64,000 nucleotides of DNA from Candidatus Poribacteria bacterium (GCA_022827885.1 JAJEIP010000066.1:142292-206291), one strand, 5' to 3'. Shown: positions 54,189-62,320, counted from the stretch's first letter. Translations and numbers: made by a program. Notes: a model not told the origin generated them from the letters alone.

Positions 54189-56144
54189 TTACTTGTCCTT
54201 AGAATCTTCCCCGACGTTGAGCGATCCAAGTTTATCAAGTTCTGCCTTAATTTCATCCATAAGATCCGTATTACCAACCTTCTCTGCTAGTTGTAGAGCG
54301 GTTTGAAAATCCCGTTTTGCCTCACTAAGTTCTTCCATTTTGGACTTCTGTTCGCCTCGACTGTAGTAAGCAATAGCATTATTTGGATCCAGACGAATTG
54401 CCTCATCAAAATCAGAAATTGCTTCCTCATATTGCTCAAGTTTAGACTTCGTATTGCCTCGATTGTTGTAGATACGCGCATCGTCAGGGTCTAAGTCAAT
54501 CGCCTCATCAAAATCAGAAATTGCTTCCTCATATTGCTCAAGTTCAGACTTCGTATTGCCTCGATTGCTGTAGATACGCGCATCGTTAGGGGCTAAGTCA
54601 ATCGCCTTATCAAAATCAGAAATTGCTTCCTCATATTGCTCAAGTTTAGACTTCGCATTGCCTCGATTGTTGTATGGATGCGCCTCATTAAGGTCTAAGT
54701 CAATTGCCTTGTCAAAATCAGAAATTGCTTCCTCATATTGCTCAAGTTCAGACTTCGCATTGCCTCGATTGTTGTAGATACGCGCATCGTCAGGGTCTAA
54801 GTCAATCGCCTTATCATAATTAGAAATTGCTTCCTCATATTGCTCAAGTTCAGACTTCGCAAAACCGCGCAATTTGTAGGCATCTGAGTTATTTGGGTCT
54901 AAACGAATCACCTCATCAAAATCAGAAATTGCTTCCTCATATCTCTCTAATCTGGACTTCGCAAAACCGCGCAATTTGTAGGCACCTGAGTTATTTGGGT
55001 CTAAACGAATCACCTCATCAAAATCAGAAATTGCTTCCTCATATCTCTCTAATCTGGACTTCGCAGCACCCCTAAGGTTGTATGCTTCGGCAAAATCTGG
55101 GTTCAACTCTATTCCCTTGTTATAATCTTTTATGGCAGAATCGGACGCGCCTTTATTTCCATAAAGAATGCCACGAACGAAGTAGGCTTCTGCAAGATCT
55201 GGGTTTAGTTCTATCGCCATGCTACAATCTTTTACAGCAGAGTCGTGCTCACCTTTAGCCTCATAAACAGAGGCACGACTGAGATAGATCAAGGCAAGGA
55301 ACTTCTTATCAGGTTTCAACGATATGCCTTGGGTGTAGTAGCCGATTGCCTCCTCCACCTTGTCCTCCCGATATGCGTCTAAACCACGGAGCAAATAATA
55401 CCGAGCATCAGGTTCAATATACGCTTTATTTTGTGCGCGTTGACTCGCGAAGCCATCAAAGTCAGGGAAAAGATTCCCTTCAGTGATACCTGCTGATTTT
55501 TCTAAGGAGTTCCAGATATTTTGCTTACCGTTTTTCAAAATTACGCATTCTGCTGCCGGTTCAATCCTGCCACCACCAAACAGAAAAATGGATTGTTGCG
55601 CAAGCATACGGTTTTTCTGATAATTAGGCTGCCACTGATAGAGTTGATATCCCTTGTTCTCAACTGGTGTGAAAAAGTAATCAATGTCTTCGTCTTGTGA
55701 TAATTGGGAAGTAACCGGTTCAAATGTGACGTGAGAACTGATGTCTACAGCAAAAACTTTTCCATTTGCTGCTCCACCGGAGCCTTCCCGGCATGCCATC
55801 CAGAGTGCAACAAGCGGATTTTGAGTAAAATCTATTAAGCAGGTAGCTGCCCCACGATGTTGAAGTTCTGCAAGCAGCTCCAAGTCCTTCATGTCTGTGC
55901 CGTGTCCTTGGCGACGTGCATCTTCAATCATTTCTTCATTGATTTTGAGCAGCTTCTCAAGGGTTCCATCCCCTTGTTTCTTGAAGTTACCATCTTTGTC
56001 CTTCAGGCGACGATAAGTAGACGCTTCTATTATATATTTCTCATTTGAAACACCTCTAAATACGTATTCTCCATCGTTGAATTGTTCTGCCCATTCCATA
56101 AAACTTTTCAGTGTTTTGACACGTTTCGATTCTTTTTTCGCCAT
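54189..56144 (-). CDS. FRG-domain protein fused to an array of about 11 TPR units
   Basis: The N-terminus has YVFRGVS and LAELQHRGAATCLIDFTQNPLVALWMA (FRG-domain signature). The C-terminal 400 aa are TPR units, seven of them near-identical. Confidence 0.75.
   Translation of the reverse strand: MAKKESKRVKTLKSFMEWAEQFNDGEYVFRGVSNEKYIIEASTYRRLKDKDGNFKKQGDGTLEKLLKINEEMIEDARRQGHGTDMKDLELLAELQHRGAATCLIDFTQNPLVALWMACREGSGGAANGKVFAVDISSHVTFEPVTSQLSQDEDIDYFFTPVENKGYQLYQWQPNYQKNRMLAQQSIFLFGGGRIEPAAECVILKNGKQNIWNSLEKSAGITEGNLFPDFDGFASQRAQNKAYIEPDARYYLLRGLDAYREDKVEEAIGYYTQGISLKPDKKFLALIYLSRASVYEAKGEHDSAVKDCSMAIELNPDLAEAYFVRGILYGNKGASDSAIKDYNKGIELNPDFAEAYNLRGAAKSRLERYEEAISDFDEVIRLDPNNSGAYKLRGFAKSRLERYEEAISDFDEVIRLDPNNSDAYKLRGFAKSELEQYEEAISNYDKAIDLDPDDARIYNNRGNAKSELEQYEEAISDFDKAIDLDLNEAHPYNNRGNAKSKLEQYEEAISDFDKAIDLAPNDARIYSNRGNTKSELEQYEEAISDFDEAIDLDPDDARIYNNRGNTKSKLEQYEEAISDFDEAIRLDPNNAIAYYSRGEQKSKMEELSEAKRDFQTALQLAEKVGNTDLMDEIKAELDKLGSLNVGEDSKDK
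54401..55114. repeat. intragenic tandem repeat, 7 x 102 bp (one TPR unit each)
   Basis: The motif CCT(C/T)(A/G)TCA recurs at 54401, 54503, 54605, 54707, 54809, 54911 and 55013, an exact 102 nt period. The two units spanning roughly 54860-55062 differ at a single position. Confidence 0.9.
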
Positions 56145-56638
56145 TTAAGTTGATTTACCTTTCTATACAAAATATCTCAATTGTGACAGAATCCAGTCCA
56201 TATTGTAGAACTGGAAATTGTATTGCTCCGTTTCATTGCAAACACGCGAAAATTGTAGTATTCAAGCAATTCACGTCAGTTGTAGCAAATTTCGTGCCAT
56301 ATTCCGAAGGAAACACGACATCTATTTGAAAATCCGTGAAATCCGAAGGTTATGTCACCGTGATGTCCACAAAACATGGAGATATACTGAGTTCATTGAG
56401 AGCGGCAGCAGTGTCCATACTTCACCCTAAAGACTCATAGTGGAATCTGTTGTGTTTTCGCCTTATAGGGACACATGCAAAAATTGCATAATATAATGCA
56501 CAAATTGTGTTGTTCTCCGCAAAAAATAGTCTTATCGGTTCTCTTAAACATCAGTATCTTCTCCATGAAAGAAAAGTAGTTGGAAGTCATCCCGACCTTG
56601 CTTCGGAAAATATTTTAAGGCATAATTGCGAAAATTTC

Positions 56639-57757
56639 TCAACTGGGTTGGTTTTCATACCACTTGACGTTGCCTGTGCTGAGACCGCTGGCGACGATGT
56701 CCAGTCTACCGTTCCCGTTCATGTCCAGAACGTGCATCTGTCCGACCCCTAAACCGCCATCGTCGATTGTCTCTTTGCACCACCGGTTCTGTGCGATATC
56801 CTCTGGGCGGTAGAGATGCAAACTCGTCCCTTCGCCATTGTAGCCACAAATAATCTCAAGTGCTCCGTCATCGTCAACGTCAACTGCCGCAAGGGAGTGT
56901 CCTCTGTTGAGTGTGTCATCGATGAGGTAGCGGTCCCACGGATCGGTTCGCAGATCGCCAGTGGCTTTGTACCAAACGAGATTGTTCCCGTGCCACGGCT
57001 CAATTGCTAAAATTTCGTTGATCCCGTCGCCATCAATATCCGCGGCGAATGTGTCGCTACACTCTCGGTCGCTAATGATCCATTTCCCCCAGTCGTCTGT
57101 CATCGGTGATGTAGGGGGTTCATACCAAATCAAGCCTTCTGAGCAACTGATGAGGGCGTCATCACGTCCATCTTGGTCAACGTCATTGATACTCAAGCCG
57201 TGGTTGATGTGGAGGGAATCGTCGAGGAGATGGGATTGCCAAGAGGTTGCTTCTCGCGGGGTATCCGACAATTCATAGCACCAAAGGGAACCTGGACTAT
57301 GCCATTCGCCGGGTTTACCGTCCTCGCCGCGAATGGATGCAACGATGAGAAAAGGAACCGATGTTGATGCGTTCTGAGAGAGATTCGCGAGTCCTATACG
57401 ATGGATAAAGGGGACATCGGCGATGCGGTGGCGCTTCCAGTTCTGTCCGTCCTGTGCTGGAGCCTCAAGCCATTGGAGGTATCCACCCGCGGCGTTAACC
57501 CCGCGATTGAAACCACTCCCAACAATGAGATCAGGCGTGCCGTTGCCGGTGAGATCGTAAGGCGCGATGGTGATGTGCCCACTGCCTTGATCCGTTACGA
57601 GGTGTCTCTTCCAATGGGGTGCCTCGTACCAAGCAATAATGGGTTCGCCTGTAGAGCCGGCGATGATGTCGAGGTGTCCGTCGCCGTTTATATCAGCGAC
57701 TGCGAGTCCATAAACGCTTTTGAAGGTGTTGTCGAGTTGATAGCCTCTGAATTTCAC
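56639..57757 (-). CDS. FG-GAP/VCBS repeat protein
   Basis: ADINGDGHLDIIAGS, DLTGNGTPDLIVGS, DVDQDGRDD, DIDGDGINEILA, DVDDDGALEI and DMNGNGRLDIV. The GTG at 57757 has AGGAGG 9 nt upstream; the ATG at 57787 is an alternative. Confidence 0.8.
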   Translation of the reverse strand: MKFRGYQLDNTFKSVYGLAVADINGDGHLDIIAGSTGEPIIAWYEAPHWKRHLVTDQGSGHITIAPYDLTGNGTPDLIVGSGFNRGVNAAGGYLQWLEAPAQDGQNWKRHRIADVPFIHRIGLANLSQNASTSVPFLIVASIRGEDGKPGEWHSPGSLWCYELSDTPREATSWQSHLLDDSLHINHGLSINDVDQDGRDDALISCSEGLIWYEPPTSPMTDDWGKWIISDRECSDTFAADIDGDGINEILAIEPWHGNNLVWYKATGDLRTDPWDRYLIDDTLNRGHSLAAVDVDDDGALEIICGYNGEGTSLHLYRPEDIAQNRWCKETIDDGGLGVGQMHVLDMNGNGRLDIVASGLSTGNVKWYENQPS

Positions 57758-57801
57758 GGTAACCAACCTCCTCGTCCGATGGCACACGGCGTGTGCTTTG
57801 T

Positions 57802-58236
57802 TTAGGGATTGTGGAAAAATCTGAGTATCCCAGGCTCTATCTCATACCCGACACTCGACCAGAATGCAATCGCCCACGGATATTGCTCTTCTACGAGTGC
57901 TGTGATGCGTTTAACGCCCAGTTCTGCCAAGTATCTTTCGCCCTCTGTGACTAAGGCGCGTCCAATACCACGCCGTCGGTAGTCAGGATGAACTGCGAGT
58001 CTATACATGTTTCCGCGCCAGCCATCGAAAGTAGCAATTAAGGAGCCGACGATCCGTTGATCTGCTTCTGCAACTAACACAGTCGCCAGGCTTTCTATTG
58101 CTCTGTGGATATCTAAGATAGTATCTGTGATGCTCGGGGATGTTCCAGCAGCCTGCCACAATATGAGAAGTGCTTCTGCTTCTTCTCGAAGGCACTCTCG
58201 GATTAAAAAAATGTCCGTTTTGTCCGATGCATTCAT
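57802..58236 (-). CDS. GNAT-family N-acetyltransferase
   Basis: Acetyl-CoA binding motif A LAVHPDYRRRGIGRALV. Confidence 0.85.
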   Translation of the reverse strand: MNASDKTDIFLIRECLREEAEALLILWQAAGTSPSITDTILDIHRAIESLATVLVAEADQRIVGSLIATFDGWRGNMYRLAVHPDYRRRGIGRALVTEGERYLAELGVKRITALVEEQYPWAIAFWSSVGYEIEPGILRFFHNP

Positions 58237-58288
58237 ATCTTCAGATCAGGAACGAAAGATGTTAGCCAGCAGATCGGCACACACGAAA

Positions 58289-58309
58289 GGTGAGGGTAGA
58301 AACCTCACC
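58289..58309 (-). terminator. hairpin GGTGAGG-TTTCTAC-CCTCACC downstream of ilvC
   Basis: On the minus strand the stem-loop is followed by TTTCGTGT. Belongs to the GGTGNGG hairpin family. Confidence 0.5.
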
Positions 58310-58349
58310 GACGAGAAAAACTTAAGGTCCACTTCCAAAAGCAGAAAAT

Positions 58350-59342
58350 TTACTCGTCAAGCCAACTCATCATGCTGCGCAAGTTTTTGCCGACTTTTTC
58401 GATTTCCAATTCCTCTTCCTGTCGACGGAGCGCACCGAGTACGGGTTGATTCGCCTCATTTTCCAAGACCCATTCTCGTGCGAAGACACCTTCCTGCACG
58501 TCCTTCAAAATTTGGCGCATTTTGTCTCGAATGCTGTCGTCAATGATCCGCGGACCCCGCGTGAGGTCCCCGAATTCAGCAGTATTGCTAATGTCATTTC
58601 GCATTTTGCTCAATCCGCCGGCGTAAATTAAATCGACAATCAACTTGAGTTCGTGGAGACATTCAAAGTAAGCCATCTCAGGTTGGTAACCCGCTTCGAC
58701 GAGCGTGTCAAAAGCCGCTTTGATGAGTGCCGCGGTCCCGCCACACAGGACGGCTTGTTCGCCAAAGAGATCCGTTTCGGTTTCCTCACGAAAGGTTGTT
58801 TCGATGACACCTGAGCGCGTGCCACCGATGCCTCTCGCATAAGCGAGCGCGACATCGCGCGCAAGTCCTGTGGTATCTTGATGGATAGCAACAAGACAAG
58901 GCACGCCACCACCGCCTTCAAATACCTCGCGGACAAGGGACCCTGGTCCCTTCGGCGCGATCATTGCGACATCAATGTCACTGGCAGGCACAATCTGTCC
59001 GAAATGGACGCTGAACCCGTGTGAGACGAGGAGCATATTTCCAGATTCCATATTCGGAGCGATCTGATCGTGATAAACGGCGGCATGCCGTTCGTCAGGG
59101 ATGAGTATCTGGACGATGTCTGCGATTGCAGCGGCTTCTTCAACGGTTTTGACGGTCAAGCCTTCGGCTTCCGCACGCGCTTTTGAGCGACTGCCTTCGT
59201 ATAATCCGACGACAACATTCGCACCACTGTCCTTGAGGTTGAGCGACTGGGCGCGTCCCTGTGCACCGTAACCCACAACAGCGACGGTCCGCTCTTTCAG
59301 TAAATCAAAGTTAGCATCACTATCGTAATAAATCGTTGCCAT
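58350..59342 (-). CDS. ilvC: ketol-acid reductoisomerase
   Basis: [36 protein letters not shown] is canonical. The track start at 59450 is an over-extension through intergenic repeats. Confidence 0.95.
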   Translation of the reverse strand: MATIYYDSDANFDLLKERTVAVVGYGAQGRAQSLNLKDSGANVVVGLYEGSRSKARAEAEGLTVKTVEEAAAIADIVQILIPDERHAAVYHDQIAPNMESGNMLLVSHGFSVHFGQIVPASDIDVAMIAPKGPGSLVREVFEGGGGVPCLVAIHQDTTGLARDVALAYARGIGGTRSGVIETTFREETETDLFGEQAVLCGGTAALIKAAFDTLVEAGYQPEMAYFECLHELKLIVDLIYAGGLSKMRNDISNTAEFGDLTRGPRIIDDSIRDKMRQILKDVQEGVFAREWVLENEANQPVLGALRRQEEELEIEKVGKNLRSMMSWLDE

Positions 59343-59529
59343 TTTTCTAATTTTCCTTGCGGTTCGTTTCGGAAGGTTTGCGTATGAATGCCCTTTCCGT
59401 ATATCCGCCTGCGTGTTTTTGCGAATCAACGCTGAATGCGCGTGTGGCATTCAGCGGGGTATTTCTGCGTATTGTTGCAGGCTACAATTTAGGGGTAATG
59501 GGATGGAGCGCGGTCCAGAGGTCCATAAA

Positions 59530-60030
59530 TTAAAAATCGGAGCCGCGGAGCATCGCTATTTTGCCGGTACGTGCTAACTCAAGGATACCGTAGGTATTGA
59601 AAATATCAATTGCCGCTTTCAATTTACCCTCATCCCCTGTAATTTCAAGAACAAGTGAGGCAGGCTTCATGTCAATGACCCGTCCACGGAAGACTTCCGC
59701 GACTTGTAGAACCTCGGTGCGCTTTTGCGGATCCTCGGTAGCAACCTTGATAAGAACAAGCTCCCGCTCAACATGCGTCCCAGCAGTGGAAAGATCTGTG
59801 ACCTCAATAACGTCAATAAGTCTATTGAGATGGTGATAGATCTGCTCAATAATTTGGGCATCCCCATGTGTGACAAGGGTTATCTGCGAAATGCTACTGT
59901 CATGCGTTTCGGCGACGTTGAGGCTGTCGATATTAAAGCCGCGTCCACTGAAGAGTCCCGCAACACGGGCAAGGACGCCAAATCGGTTTTCGACCAAAAC
60001 AGAGAAAATGTGTCGTTCTTCTGGGTTCAT
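59530..60030 (-). CDS. ilvN: acetolactate synthase small (regulatory) subunit
   Basis: ACT domain HIFSVLVENRFGVLARVAGLFSGRGFNIDSL. Confidence 0.9.
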   Translation of the reverse strand: MNPEERHIFSVLVENRFGVLARVAGLFSGRGFNIDSLNVAETHDSSISQITLVTHGDAQIIEQIYHHLNRLIDVIEVTDLSTAGTHVERELVLIKVATEDPQKRTEVLQVAEVFRGRVIDMKPASLVLEITGDEGKLKAAIDIFNTYGILELARTGKIAMLRGSDF

Positions 60031-60075
60031 TTTTTATACTTTTCAGTGCGGGTTGCGACGCAACCCTTAAAATCG

Positions 60076-61752
60076 TTAAGATAAGCCGCGGATAACATCT
60101 CCGAGTCCAGCACCCGCGGGCACCATCGGGAACACATTCTCTTCTTCATCAACAATAAAGTCAATGACGACCGGACCGTCGGTAATCCCTTGTGCCTTCT
60201 GGAGTGCGGGTACAACATCTTCGGTGTGTTCAACCCGTAAGCCTGTCGCGCCGAATGCCTGTGCGAGTAAGGCGAAATCTGGATTATCGTGGTAATCAAC
60301 AGCAGAATAACGTTTGCCGTGGAACAATTCCTGCCATTGGCGGACCATTCCCAGGTACATATTGTTGATGATGAAAATCTTAAGCGGCAGTTTCATGGTA
60401 ACTGCCGGCACCAATTCTTGGATCGTCATGATGTAGGAGCCATCGCCGTTGATATTGACGACGGTTTTGTCCGGACATCCAAGTTGCGCCCCGATTGCGG
60501 CTGGGAGGCTGAAGCCCATCGTGCCGAGACCCCCGGAGTTGAGCCACTGCCGAGGTTCGGTGAATTTGAAGTATTGCGCCGCCCACATCTGGTGTTGTCC
60601 AACATCCGCGACGACAATCGCATCGCTGTAATGTTCATAAATCTGTTCAATGACATATTGCGGCATCACCTTATCGGCTTTTTGCTCGTATTCAAATGGG
60701 TACTTCTGTTTCCATTCCTGAATCTGGGCGCGCCACGGATCTATATCCGCTATGCCAACCTGTTTGTTGAGTTCAGTGAGGACCTTCTTCGCATCACCAA
60801 CGATAGGAACATCTACCGGAACATTTTTCCCGATACAGGAGGCATCAATATCAATATGGATTTTTTTGGCGTTCGGTGCGAATTTATTGAGATCACCGGT
60901 AACGCGGTCATCGAATCTTGCCCCGATAGCAATAACAAGGTCTGCATCGGTAAAAGCGTAATTTGCGCAGCAAGAGCCGTGCATTCCGGGCATCTCCATC
61001 GCCAAAGGATGTGTTTCGGGAAATGCACCGAGTCCCATCAATGTAACGGTAATCGGGATCTGGGTTTTGAGCGTGAGTTGTCGTAGCTCTTCACTGGCGT
61101 TGGCGAGGACAACCCCACCACCGGCATACAGCATCGGACGTTTCGCTTCCTTAATCAATGCCGCGGCCTTCCCAATTTGCGCCGGATCGCCGTGTACTTG
61201 CGGTTTGTAGCTGCGAATGTCAACCGTTTCTGGATATTTAAACAGGGCTTCGTGTAGTTGTGCATCTTTGGCAATGTCAATAACAACAGGACCGGGTTTC
61301 CCTGTCTTCGCGAGGTGAAACGCTTCAGCGACGACATCTGCTATTTCGTCGCAATCTTTGATTAAATAACTATGTTTACAGATCGGACGCGTTACACCGA
61401 TAACATCACACTCTTGGAAGGCATCGCTACCGATATAGTGTGTAAAAACCTGTCCAGTGATCGCGACCATCGGAATCGAATCCATATAAGCGGTTGCGAT
61501 ACCGGTGACGAGATTCGTTGCGCCGGGCCCGGAGGTTGCGAGTGCGACCCCGACATCTCCGGTGGCGCGTGCGTAGCCATCCGCGGCGTGGGATGCTCCT
61601 TGTTCGTGCCGCATCGGAATCAATTTGAGTTCAGTCTCACCGTAGAGGGCATCGAAAATCGGCATCGCCGCGCCACCGTTCACACCAAAGATATATTCGA
61701 CACCTTCCCGCTTGAGACTGTCAACAAGGATTTGCGCTCCTGAAAGTTCCAT
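60076..61752 (-). CDS. ilvB: acetolactate synthase large subunit (biosynthetic)
   Basis: GAQILVDSLKREGVEYIFGVNGGA, GPGATNLVTGIATA and the TPP motif GDGSYIMTIQEL. The ATG at 61752 has GAGGA 8 nt upstream. Confidence 0.92.
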   Translation of the reverse strand: MELSGAQILVDSLKREGVEYIFGVNGGAAMPIFDALYGETELKLIPMRHEQGASHAADGYARATGDVGVALATSGPGATNLVTGIATAYMDSIPMVAITGQVFTHYIGSDAFQECDVIGVTRPICKHSYLIKDCDEIADVVAEAFHLAKTGKPGPVVIDIAKDAQLHEALFKYPETVDIRSYKPQVHGDPAQIGKAAALIKEAKRPMLYAGGGVVLANASEELRQLTLKTQIPITVTLMGLGAFPETHPLAMEMPGMHGSCCANYAFTDADLVIAIGARFDDRVTGDLNKFAPNAKKIHIDIDASCIGKNVPVDVPIVGDAKKVLTELNKQVGIADIDPWRAQIQEWKQKYPFEYEQKADKVMPQYVIEQIYEHYSDAIVVADVGQHQMWAAQYFKFTEPRQWLNSGGLGTMGFSLPAAIGAQLGCPDKTVVNINGDGSYIMTIQELVPAVTMKLPLKIFIINNMYLGMVRQWQELFHGKRYSAVDYHDNPDFALLAQAFGATGLRVEHTEDVVPALQKAQGITDGPVVIDFIVDEEENVFPMVPAGAGLGDVIRGLS

Positions 61753-61826
61753 GCCAATTTTCCTCATCAGCTGCAGGGTGAGGGATGTAGTTCCCTGTTC
61801 CCTACGCGGGGTCGTTGATTTTCGGT

Positions 61827-61883
61827 AAACTTGCGCTACAAAAGTCGGCGCAGCTTGCAAACCGAAAACTTGCGCTACAAAAG
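61827..61883. repeat. direct repeat AAACTTGCGCTACAAAAG x2 (39 nt period)
   Basis: Identical 18-mers at 61827-61844 and 61866-61883, lying between the T-box terminator and the ilvB start. The second copy overlaps the terminator U-tract. Confidence 0.8.
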
Positions 61884-62190
61884 AAAAAGCCTCCTCGTTC
61901 CCAACATGGAGACGAGAAGGGCATTCACACTGACCTTACCGTGGTACCACTCCAATTCTCTTTCTCACTTTCATTCAAGGTATCAGGCTTACAAGGTTTC
62001 CCGCCTATACTGAGAAAGAGCACTCTTTGGGATGCATTAACGGGCATCACACCGACCAATCCTACTGGGATGTTATAAACTGTTCAGATTAGCAGCTCCG
62101 GGGCGACCTTCAATCGTAGGAACTTGTGGAGACCTTTCAGCCTATGAGTCTCCTTCTCTTGCAAGCCCGGACGACTTACTCCTCCCCTTC
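61879..62190 (-). promoter_or_regulatory. T-box riboswitch leader with intrinsic terminator
   Basis: Minus-strand evidence: T-box sequence AAUUGGAGUGGUACCACGG (61939-61957). Terminator CCUUCUCGU...ACGAGGAGG followed by CUUUUUCUUUU. F-box-like CCGUUA in the hairpin at 62031-62048. Stem I distal hairpin GGAGAC-UCAUAGGCUGAAAG-GUCUCC (62128-62153). AGUA and GAA specifier-loop elements. Confidence 0.8.
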
Positions 62191-62291
62191 AACGCTTTTT
62201 TGGGTAATCTATTTATTTAATTGTTAATTACGCATGCCGCTTTACTAAGTTTCACGAGCATGCGGAAAAGAAATATCTTTACACTCCATTA

Positions 62292-62320
62292 AGTATAACA
62301 TATTTGAACGGAAATGTCAA
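62292..62320 (-). promoter_or_regulatory. sigma70-type promoter (TTGACA-17 nt-TATACT) for the ilv leader
   Basis: On the minus strand, TTGACA at 62320-62315, a 17 nt spacer and TATACT at 62297-62292. Confidence 0.6.

Noticed and set aside
54401-55114. Regularly spaced 102 bp repeats that could be mistaken for a CRISPR or satellite array.
   Set aside because: The repeats are contiguous with no unique spacers. They are in frame and each encodes one 34 aa TPR unit of the FRG-TPR protein.
56218-56752. Two short ORFs (70 aa and 81 aa) in the AT-rich gap, considered as candidate small proteins.
   Set aside because: They have non-ATG or poorly supported starts, no ribosome-binding site, and a Cys/Arg/Ser-rich composition atypical of the neighbouring genes. 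The second overlaps the 3' end of the FG-GAP gene on the opposite strand.
59343-59450. N-terminal 36 aa extension of ilvC (track start 59450).
   Set aside because: The canonical IlvC N-terminus (MATIYYDSD...) starts at 59342. The extension reads through the intergenic hairpin and the motif copy.
60289-61086. 265 aa ORF on the plus strand.
   Set aside because: It is antisense to ilvB, whose TPP-enzyme motifs are unambiguous.
61900-62215. Possible RNase P RNA. The minus strand contains GAGGAGUAAGUCGUCCGGGCU, which resembles the P4 5' strand GAGGAAAGUCCGGGCU.
   Set aside because: No matching 3' P4 strand (ACAGAA.CCGGCUUA) is present. The only CCCGG partner is about 60 nt away. The region is fully explained by T-box elements (T-box sequence, F-box, Stem I distal loop, terminator) directly upstream of ilvB.
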